Part shown: positions 10,406-19,771 of the stretch, one piece after another
How the letters are laid out: each line of letters begins with the position of its first letter
How positions within the stretch are numbered: position 1 is the first letter of the stretch
Assembly (NCBI GenBank): GCA_051453625.1
Contig: JBOZIK010000001.1
Location: 35,231,008 to 35,257,981, forward strand
Source of the DNA: Welwitschia mirabilis
Lineage: Eukaryota
Reading direction: 5' to 3'
Length of the DNA stretch: 26,974 nucleotides
Translations under genes and position numbers: made by a program
The notes under the pieces: model-generated
What the model saw: the letters and a program-made list of their open reading frames with translations, nothing else
Databases searched by the model: none
What the model was told of the DNA's origin: nothing

Positions 10406-13400
10406 CTAAGGGGAACAAAAAGGAAAAGTCCACGGATGTATCGAAAAATTAATTCATCCACTGTACACAGAAATGTTCTTGAAATAATATGCGTATTATT
10501 CAAAACATAATGGTCATCTTACAGCTTTTTCCTCATCACGTAGCTTATTCCACATCTCCCCTATTGTTTTGCTGAGCTCTCTATCCTTCTCAGAATTTGA
10601 AGCTCTACGCTGAGCATGTATCTTAGCAAAAAAGAAGTTGTAGCCACTCCGATTTGGTTTGGGATGATTTGGATCCGTTTTCCAGATACGCTGCCTTTTC
10701 TTCTGTCGAGTTCTTTCAGTTGAAGGAGAAGGATTCAAGCTATTCAGAGTGTTAACAGGTGTGTTAAAAGGTGATACACCTGCATATTGTGCGTCAGGAG
10801 TTGCAAGTCCCGAATGATATAAAACCCCTTTTAAGATAGTAGAGCCCTGCTTTATTGTTGCAACATATCCATAATCAAACTTTCCATCGATAACGCCTAC
10901 TACAGAAGTTGATGCACTTGGATTAACTAAGAAAGAAGACAACAAAAATATGAAGTCAGCAAAGCAAAGCTTATAATGTTTTTCAACACTAAGAAAATCA
11001 TTTTTCTTTTTGTATAATTGCACCAATTGGACAAAGACTTCATCCAGAGGTGAGCTCCTGTTTCTTACTCTCTTGATTTCTAAAGCTGATTCTTTAAATC
11101 AAGAGTTACAGAATACCAAAGAGAAGACAGGTTAAAATGCTTAAGTTGCAGAGGTAAAATATAGACACAACACGCAAGCAAAAATCTGAATACTCACCAA
11201 CACTTTGATCTTGTGGTTTGAAGTAAGTTTGTTCAACAACATTCAGAAGCTTCATATAGTAATGGCGCAACATGCGTGGAAGATCTTTCTGTGGCATATT
11301 AAATGCTGCTGCTATCTCATTCAATGTCTTCGTTTTGTTTGCCTACAATATAGTCCAGAGAACTTTTTAATGAAACCAAATAAAAGCATAAAATAACACG
11401 CTCCATTGTTCAAACATAGGTCCCATTGGACTTATATTTTGCAGAGGAAGATCTCAAGCAGTTTCACAAATTCAGAAGTTTAGGACTAAAATATCGCTCT
11501 AATTACTAAGCCCCAGCACTCCGAATTATAATGTGTCCCTTAAATTTATAAAGTTACATGCACAAGGTTGATATGCAGTGGTATTGGACGTAGAAATTCA
11601 GAGTATTGTATAACAATTTTAGAATGCAGTTATGATGGTAATGAATTCTTAAAACACATGATGTACATGTCAGTCATTAGTTTATGTCATTTAAAAAAGT
11701 CGTGGAGAAGACATTACACATAAAAAGTGGTTGTAAAATATTGGTAATTATTTTTTAAAAAAATTATTTATTAATTTTATTAGTTATAAATAATACAAGC
11801 TTAAAAATCTAAAATTACATACACAACTTTTTGATACAAAATATTATTAATTATTTAAAAAATGTGAGAATTATTAATTCCATAAGAGTTACAAATTCTA
11901 GAAACCAAAAAAATTAAAGTGATAAAATTACAAAGCATTTCATATGTACCACTATGTTGGAATCTAATTATTATGTCAATGTCTCAAATCTACCTTTTTG
12001 TAATTGCTTTATTCTCTATTCTTTGTCAATTATGTCTCATGCAGATATTTAGTCATGGTTATGTGTCATCAACTTTTGAAAATGTCACCTCACAAAAGAC
12101 ATAAAGCCTAAGGGTTTTTTAAGTTAAATGCCATCCAATTATATAGGCATGTTACCAATGATGTAAATGTCAAGGAGACACTTTATTATGAAAAGATAAA
12201 ATGTTGGTGTAAATTGTTGACAATTATTTTTTTAAAAAAAATGTGAGAATTATTATTTCATTAGAATTGTAAATAGTGTAAGCTAAAAAGAACTTAAATT
12301 AAGCAACTGAGAAGGCATTTGATGGGCATATATAAGTTTGAAGCCAATAACTATGTCAATGTCTCAATTATACCTTTTACAATTATTTTTTACCTCTATT
12401 TTTTTTTTCCTAATATGTGTGACATTTTAACTTTAAGTCTTGACATGTCCCAAAATTTTACTGAAGACTATATGTTACTGGATTTTCAAATTTTCAAAAA
12501 AATCAATAAAAATGTCACTTCACAAAAGACATAGAACTTAGAGGTCGACTAAGCTACATGTTATCTAGAGACATTTCACCCTTTTGAAATTATGTCACCC
12601 TTTTTAAATCACTGTAAACCACCTATAGCTTATTAGAGAGCGTTCAGACAAAAGCATAGATCAACAAATCCTCAAAATATGTGAACCAGGCAATGGTTAG
12701 TACCTGGTGAAGACCTCCCCGTTTAGTAACTTCCACATATAAACGATGCATATCTAACTGTAAGCCTTCATAAGTAGGAATCCTGGTAAATAGGAACAGA
12801 ATTTTCATGAAATATGTTAACTACAACTTCATATTGAATATGTTTGCGATTAAGTACATGGATTTATTGAGAACAAACTCTAACCGATAGCCATACTTAG
12901 ACGACACATAACGCTAACAGATATAAGAGCAGTTGCAAAACCACACTTTCTTAATAGCAATGAGAAGCCGCAATCGAAGCGAAAGGAAGAAATGTCGAAG
13001 TCTGACCGAACAAACATATAAGATGGGACAGTTCTGCAAGAAATGTTCAGACTTCAAAATGGTGGATAAACAGCAGATAAAGAAAACGTCAGAGTCAATC
13101 AACATGATGATGATATCTTAAGATCCACAGGAAAATTTTAAACAAGAAAAGAACATCTGATCCAGGAGTTCAGAAACTAATTCGGCTGTGGATTGACACA
13201 ACGCGCATTGAAAATTCTTAGAATATCAGAGAACATAGACATACAATTACAGATCCGTGATGCTGTAAAATTTAAGAAAAGACTAAATGAAATAAAACAA
13301 AGAAAAGTACAGGTGCAATCACTATGCTGTTACTGACTGCAATTTCAAACAAAACCAGACTAATCCAAAAGCTGCCAAGATTTGAAAGATAAAGCTGAAT

Positions 13401-14219
13401 GTTCCGTCGAAAACAAAAGATTGAACGACAAAAATAAAGTAAAAGAAGCAAATCATGTCACAGCAAGTCGTTAAAATTGAAAGTAAGAAAATTCCGAATT
13501 TCTGAAATACCGAACTAACAATCCGATTAGAGCAATAAATCCGAAATGGTAAACCTCATAATCCAAAATCAGTGAGCAATTGCATATTATTAGAAATATT
13601 CCGCATTGCGAAACTTAAGTAAAAAGAAGAAAAAGCAAACTAGAAGCGAAAAAGAAGAAAAGGCAAACTAGAAACGAAAACAAAGTGGAAATTATTATGA
13701 ATGACAAAAATCAAAAGCGCATTGATCGACAGAAATTACGGACAACACTTACTTAAGTTTGTTTCCATGAAGATTTTGTAGAGCTGCGTAGAAAACATTC
13801 GGATCCGCGACGAGTCTTTCGTGCGTAATAATATTAGACGTCAAACTTGCAGACGGCGGCGCCATTGGAGACGCAGCGACAACGGTCTGTTGCTGCCGAA
13901 AAGCATGAAAATACGTGTGAGGTTGCTGAAACGGAACAGATTGGGCAAACGGAATAGATTGCTGATTCTGCTGTTGAAATTGAAGAGATTGCTGATGCAA
14001 TTGTGGAAACGCAAGAGGTCGTCGATGCTGCTGTTGAAGCTGAGGAAAGGAAAACAGTTGCTGATGCTGGATTTGATCAAGATTGTAATTGTATCCCTCT
14101 GGAAAGACAGAATACGGAGCAGGACTCTGCTTTTGTGTCCCGCTTTGCCGTGCTTCTGCGGTTGGCTGGTTTGAAAAGTAATCAGCTGGGAAAGACTGAA
14201 GATGATTGTTATCGGACAT
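9380..14219 (-). CDS. ARID-HMG (AT-rich interaction domain + HMG-box) protein, plant HMGB9/10/11/15 family; exons 14219-13753, 12782-12704, 11342-11198, 10926-10523, 10405-9380
   Basis: Manual splicing gives four GT-AG introns with consistent phases (2,0,1,0) and an open frame. ARID: HERLVADPNVFYAALQNLHGNKLK/IPTYEGLQLDMHRLYVEVTKRGGLHQ/ANKTKTLNEIAAAF..LRHYYMKLLNVVEQTYF. Family linker motif: VVGVIDGKFDYGYVATIKQGSTILKGVLYH. HMG box: DPNHPKPNRSGYNFFF..IGEMWNKLRDEEKA/IYRDLGQKDKERYQRELKEYKEK. Exact length is uncertain because of the 100-N gap in the last exon and possible alternative splicing. Confidence 0.93.
9542..10249 (-). repeat. Coding tandem repeat, at least 4 units of 168-201 bp (56-67 aa), core SIPAQSTDVNPSTEL[H/C]WPNHENxQESSFVNEQxTFDARxGxLPTQPSHGD
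   Basis: Anchor gaaggatt at 10173 and 10005 (168 bp apart); anchor acaaacgaactctcctg at 9954, 9810 and 9609 (last two 201 bp apart). Unit lengths are multiples of 3. Confidence 0.93.
9854..9953. other. Assembly gap (100 N, size probably unknown) inside the coding repeat array
   Basis: Run of N. Confidence 0.99.
10523..10926 (-). CDS. ARID-HMG exon 4 (VIDGKF/GVLYH linker domain, basic NLS-like patch, most of HMG box)
   Basis: Branch-like GCTGAC, polypyrimidine tract and cttAG|TT AAT CCA; ends AAA GCT|GTAAGA. The 5' boundary could alternatively be 11091 (see findings). Confidence 0.88.
11198..11342 (-). CDS. ARID-HMG exon 3 (C-terminal half of ARID)
   Basis: tattgTAG|GCA AAC ... AGT GTT G|GTGAGT; 145 bp; in frame with ORF 11106..11324; LRHYYMKLL..EQTYF motif. 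Confidence 0.9.
11650..12570. repeat. Two diverged direct copies (~380-430 bp offset) of an AT-rich element in intron 2, probably a non-autonomous transposon relic
   Basis: Shared blocks: aaaatgtgagaattatta (~11859 and ~12238), atgtcaatgtctcaa..tacctttt (~11973 and ~12353), aaaatgtcacYtcacaaaagacata (~12079 and ~12509). Both spurious ORFs here end in NVTSQKT. Confidence 0.7.
12704..12782 (-). CDS. ARID-HMG exon 2 (ARID core, IPTYEGLQLDMHRLYVEVTKRGGLHQ)
   Basis: tttacCAG|G ATT CCT ... CAC CAG|GTACT; 79 bp. Too short for the ORF track; matches the ARID LDLHxLxxEVTxRGG motif. Confidence 0.93.
13621..13676. repeat. 28-bp tandem duplication in intron 1
   Basis: aaaaagaagaaaaagcaaactagaagcg / aaaaagaagaaaaggcaaactagaaacg (2 mismatches). 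Confidence 0.9.
13753..14219 (-). CDS. ARID-HMG exon 1 (Q/P/F-rich N-terminal extension and start of ARID)
   Basis: ORF 13749..14219; ends CTT AA|GTAAGT (donor at 13752); 467 bp, phase 2. Confidence 0.88.
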
Positions 14220-14412
14220 GTCTGGTATTCTGAACGAGGAAATCTGTTCCGGAAAAAATGAAAAATTAAAAAAAGCTCTTTCTTCTCTCAGGCTTTTCGG
14301 CAGTTCCTACAGCCCGCAATTGGCCAACGAAAACATAAGAAATTAGGTTTGACGAAGATAAGTTTGTCGTCGCTGATTCCTTGGCTTTATTGATATGACC
14401 TAGGGACCCCAC

Positions 14413-14421
14413 AATATATAT
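14413..14421 (-). promoter_or_regulatory. Candidate TATA box of the ARID-HMG gene
   Basis: ATATATATT flanked by GC-richer bases about 195 bp upstream of the ATG, near the edge of the CpG-containing region. TSS unknown. Confidence 0.35.
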
Positions 14422-16199
14422 GGGAGTCTAACCCCTTTAATTTTTTGTTTTTTTATTTTTTTAGTGTTTTTAGTTTAACATGGGTACTAATTCCCAACAT
14501 GGGCGAAGTGATTTCTAACTTATTTATATTTAGGGTTAGAATTTATTTTGGTATATAAATATGTTTGTGGTAAAAATTAATTTTTATTTATAGGTTACAA
14601 GTCTATTTTTATTTTTATTTTTATTTTTTTAAATGGACAAGGGTAGTTTTTAGCTATTTTTCCAAGAACAAATTACTTGAATCTTTTAGGGTAGAATTTC
14701 AAAAAATGTTATTAATATTTCATGAAAATGTATTAAACTTGATTGGCTTTATATGTAGTTAAGCTTTATCATTTATTAACTTAATATTTATAGTTGGGGG
14801 AGGGGCATGTTGGACTTAAAACTATTAGTAACCATAACTTCCTTTATAAATACAATTTCCCAACTAAATGATTTAATTACATTTAAGGCATTATGAAAGT
14901 TTTATTTCTAAGCATGACATCCAAATGTTCAAACTCATAACTTAATGAGTAGAGGATGAGTATCCCATTAGTTGGAACTAAAGATGAAGAGACATGGAAA
15001 AACTAGCATAACTTTTCCACAGACTCATTCCTACAATATATAAGTTACCAACATGAGGAATCAAAAAATGAATAATTACTAATAAAATGCTAGTCGAACG
15101 AGTAGAACACTCATCCTTCATTCACACACTCATGGATTCAAACCATTCGATGAGATGATCAACATTAAAAGAGGCTCTAGTCATAATTAAAATCAGTCAT
15201 TTAAGGGATAATGATGGATTTGCTCCTAGGGGAATGGTATAGTCACTAGAAGTTTGAAGTTTAACATCCCTCCAAAAGACGAATGAAAGACAATCTAGGA
15301 TTTAGTATAAGAAACTAAACATAATACTACCTTATGGAATACAAAGTTAAAATAAAGTAGCTAACCAAGAAGTCATCATGCATGTCTATCTTAGATTGCA
15401 CTATTAATCCCAAATTCATGACCTTTGTAATGTAACAATATTAATGAATAAATATGGATTTAGATTTCTAGTGTGTAATTCTCCACTAATTCTCAGTTCC
15501 TTGATACGAAATTAACTACAAATTATTTAATAATAAGTACTTATAATTACGTAATTACTAATTAATCATTATGATAACCCTATAAATAATTAATCTCATT
15601 ATTTTCATAGTTTAACTAGTTAATAAAGAATTTAAATTCTTACTTAGAACTAAGATCTAAAAAATATCAACATGATAAAATAACTAGAAAGGTTGAAAAT
15701 TGAACGTTAGAGTGAGATTAGGAAATAGAAATATGATGAATGAAATCCATGAGGTAGTTTCATAACTTTCTAAGACTTAATTAGGTAGATATAAACAAGT
15801 ATATTTTTGTAATTATTTGTAAAATTTCCTTGAAAGTTAAAGTTTGTAAATAACATAATAAAATATGTAAGTTTTAAGATCAAAATAATAGAAGTCTATA
15901 ATTATTTAAAACACTTCCTTCAAATCTATAAAGATCAAAATTAAAAAAAAAAAGATTTAAGACATAAATGAATCGTGTATAATGTAAAACTTGATTCCTA
16001 AAGTAATAGTCAATATATGTTGGATTAATTTTAGCATATTGATATTTTCTGTGCTTTTTCTTTCTACATTTTAGTTTAATTCATTTTTTTCAAAAAGAGA
16101 AATTCAAGATAAAGTTTGAAACTAAAATTCATTTTTTGAAAGGTTTAAGAATTTGATCATGTAGTATTATGACCAACTTCATTCGAATTATAGAAACTA

Positions 16200-17520
16200 T
16201 AGTTAATAATTAGTAGAATACATATCTAAATTCTTTCTTCATGCTCAATTCACTTTTTTAATATTTAGCATTAATGGAATTTGTAGTTTCTTAATCTGGA
16301 TAACTCCTACAAATATTTTAAAACATGGTTATTGTTATTATACCTATGAACTAGATGTTCTAGTTTTCTTTGTCATAAATCACATTGCCAACATTTTACT
16401 TAAAGTTTCTAGTCATGGTAACTAATTAAAAAAACCTAAATATTAAAGGTTCATGGAAAAATTTTATATCCATGGAAGTTATAGTTTGGTTTTATGATTT
16501 GAAATCATGTAGATTATTAAGACCTTTAAAAATGAGGTGGATCATTAAACTAAAATTAGATACAAAAGTTATAATTAAAGAACTAAGACATGTTGTACTA
16601 AATTTTAAATCCTAATGTTTTATGAGTTATAATACTAATTTCCATTAAAGTTACATAAGGTTTTTTCCTAGGTTAGTTACATTAACTTAATCACATCTAT
16701 ATGCTTGATTTCTTTCCAAACAGATATGGATCACTTCAAAGGGATTATGTATGAAAAAGTTATATGAAAAGTACCAACTAACTATTGAACTAAGTTTTTA
16801 AGCTAGAAATTAAATTCAACGTTCATTAAATCACTCTATGATTTTTTATGCTAAGGTCGAATGAAGGCTTTCACAACATCAACTTTACTAGCTATCAAAC
16901 TTTACTACATGATTATAGTAGTGTATGATATGCTATAGTAGTTAAACTTTTATGTCCCACAATGACCAATAAATTATAAGAGATAACATGATGTTAGAAT
17001 TATAGAAATGATGTTAAATGATATGATTCTTCAAAATCATTTTGACAAGAAATAAATCTTAATACTAGAGAACTGAAAAATAAACTTCTAATAATGAAAA
17101 GATTATTACAAATATCTAATTTATTTCTTTAAAAACATTAAAGATAGATTCAAATTTATAATCTTCTACTCATATGTTAACTACTAGAAAGTGGTATAAA
17201 CTTCTAAAATATATGCAAAACTTTTTTTGAAATTGAAATGTTTAATAAATATAATAACTAAGGATTTTAAAATATGAAAAATCTCCAAAATGTAAATGTC
17301 AAAAGAAACTTTTAAAGGGATTAGTAATTTTTTGCAAGATTCTATAAAAGTCAAATCTATAGGATTTTAGTAATCATATTACTAGAAATAAAGATCGAAA
17401 ATGAAAAGAATTTCTTCCACAATGCTTTAAATAAAGAGAGAAATATGGAATAGCATTTACAATAGCAAGATTTTGAATTTCTTTAACTAGTTAGCAAGAA
17501 GCATGATTGAATATCATATG
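16200..17520 (+). mobile_element. Possible very decayed hAT-family transposase relic
   Basis: Weak motifs in the expected order: MF*F..NHIANILLK (~16355-16405, cf. FWxPCAAHxxNLxL), DMDHFKGIMYE (~16723-16755), ILVI..ENEKNF..IKREIWN (~17357-17452, cf. dimerisation domain ERNFS). Needs frameshifts. Confidence 0.35.
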
Positions 17521-17680
17521 AGAGTGTGTAAGAACTACCTAGAATCTATAATAAGTAAATAATAGAAAATAAGAAGAAAATTTTTAATATATTTTTGCTA
17601 GTAAGAAAGTAAGTAATTATAGATTTTTATTAGATGTTTAAAACTTAAATATTAAAAAAATTATAAAAGTATTTTTAACT

Positions 17681-18799
17681 TGTTGCAGTGCGTATTTATG
17701 CAACGTTTATGTCCTGATCTGAATCCTATTAATCACAAATAATATGAACAAACACAACATACTAATATAGATGGGAATGACTCGAATGTCATAATCCATT
17801 AAAGGCTAAATTATGGAAACACAAGAGTTGCTTTCAAGATAAAAATATGATAACCCTAACCTACAGAAATAATTTGTAATGCATAGAAATGAAATAAAAC
17901 ACACTTGTGTAAGTTTAATTTAGGAAAGAAAATAGTGATGCACCTAAACTAACTAAGCACAACCTTGACAAAAGGTTGCCTTCATAATCTATATCACAAA
18001 AGAAGCTTGTCATCGAATCTCAAATAACATAAACTATGAGAAAGAAGATCATTCATACATTTGAACACAAAAGAAAATATTTCATATTAAAATATACATA
18101 TCACAACCATATTATAAAGTAGCTGCTTCTCAATGAAGGAAATGCCATGCAACACTAATTAAAAATCTCTCTGAAATTACAAAATGGTTCTTTAGTCCTT
18201 TGATATCCTATCACGAGTATGTTGGGTAATGTCAAAAATGATTAGGAATTGAAGGGGAGACCTTTATTTATAGACTCAAAATAGGAGAGGAAATTGATAG
18301 AAAAGCATAGGAAAAACCCTAACTGCCATGCTAAGAGAAGTTACAATAAGTTGGTGAAAGCTTTGGTAAACATTTAGTGCAAGTGTCAGAAAACAGTGTC
18401 GTCCATCTAGTTGTCCGGACGATACAGAAGACAATGCCAACTAATAGATAGATCCATGTCTACTCCCAGTTTAACTGCCTTTGAAACTTATTATCGACCA
18501 GTTACGTAGTCGTCCGTACTGACGTCTAGATTATGAGGTGGACAATGGTCTTTAGTAAATCTTTAGTCAGTCCAATCACTTTGTTTTTTGTAGGAATTAT
18601 CATCCAAAAATATCATTTATTCATATCTACATAGAATGCTTGTAATTTATCTAGAAATTTCATATTTTTATTCTTTTCATCCTAGTTCTCTATTATCATG
18701 GGAACTAAGCATTTATCTACTAATTTACATGTAAAACAACTCAAAATATCCTATCAAATACACGTAAGTTGGTAGCGCAACATAGCCTTAGCCTTATCA
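17681..18799 (-). repeat. Probable 3' LTR of the Athila-type element (~1.1 kb)
   Basis: Abrupt compositional change at TGTTGC (17681); inverted GCAACA ends at 18782; alternative edge TGAT (minus) at 18799 next to a degenerate purine tract; CTATAAATA TATA box on minus strand at 18273-18265. The partner LTR is outside the window. Confidence 0.7.
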
Positions 18800-19527
18800 A
18801 TCCCTAATAAAACCAGGCAGTAAACCACATTTGTGAGTCAAATTTTTAGATAATAAAAACAACTCAAATATCTGTAGAAATTATTTGAAAAAGATTTAAA
18901 AAATACTCCCAAAATATAATGAATTTCTAGAAAATTCAAAACAGTAAACATAAATAGCTATTAAACATTGAAGATCGATCGTCTGGTACTGTCATCTAGA
19001 TGATGGAAAGAACAACAGGCTTTTGCAAAGGATTTTCAAAATTAGAACCTATGATAGAAATCAATTTTCTCTATTAATTAATCATGATAAATAGCCCTCC
19101 ACTGTGATAAACAGTCAAATATAAAAATTTTACCTAAGGAAAATGTAATTCTCATCATAAAAAGTGAAAGATAATTAGGTAAAAATCAGATAGAAATAAT
19201 ACACCATGCTAAAACAAAATGATATGTCTATATAATAACAAGAGCTTTTAGTACAAAAAGTGTAAAAGGGGAGATACAAAATATAATGTAAAATCACTTC
19301 CCTCATCTACGCATGATGAATCCTGGTTCAATAACAAGCACAGGAATAAGGAAAGAGAAAGGAGAATGATCAAAATATGTGGGAAGATGTTCATCAACAG
19401 ATGCTACAATAGACCTGACTTTCTCATCACCCTGGACACGTACTAACTCTGGAATGTCTACAGTCACATTGTACTAAATGGAGACAATGCGCTAGTACAT
19501 ATCCATCATCTGATCCTCTATGTGCTG

Positions 19528-19637
19528 TGCTCTCCTCTCAAAAGATAGTATCTACTGCTCAACTCTCTACCTGAAGGATGCGATCTGCTACTTAACTCTC
19601 TGCTTAAAGGATGCAATCCACTGCTTAACTCTCTGCT
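19528..19637 (-). repeat. 33-bp (11-aa) tandem repeat in the env-like ORF, about 3.3 copies
   Basis: aactctctRcYtRaaggatgcRatcYRctRctt starting at 19561 and 19594, a partial unit at 19627 and a diverged unit at 19528; encodes QRVKQWIASFK-like units. Confidence 0.85.
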
Positions 19638-19671
19638 CTAAAGTCTTTAACCTCTGATCAATAAATCCTCT

Positions 19672-19771
19672 NNNNNNNNNNNNNNNNNNNNNNNNNNNNN
19701 NNNNNNNNNNNNNNNNNNNNNNNNNNNNNNNNNNNNNNNNNNNNNNNNNNNNNNNNNNNNNNNNNNNNNNN
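19672..19771. other. Assembly gap (100 N)
   Basis: Run of N with duplicated flanks. Confidence 0.99.

Noticed and set aside
12914-13121. Cys/basic ORF in intron 1 (CKKC) and its opposite-strand ORF
   Set aside because: No zinc-finger spacing or convincing splice context; the minus strand looks like ordinary T-rich intron.
13821-14233. Antisense and alternative-frame ORFs over exon 1 (13821..14174 +, 14003..14233 +, 13841..14080 -)
   Set aside because: Expected shadows of the CAG/CAA-rich exon; no recognisable domain.
14900-15450. Coding-looking stretch upstream of the gene
   Set aside because: No open frame or motif could be assigned; probably an unclassifiable TE remnant.
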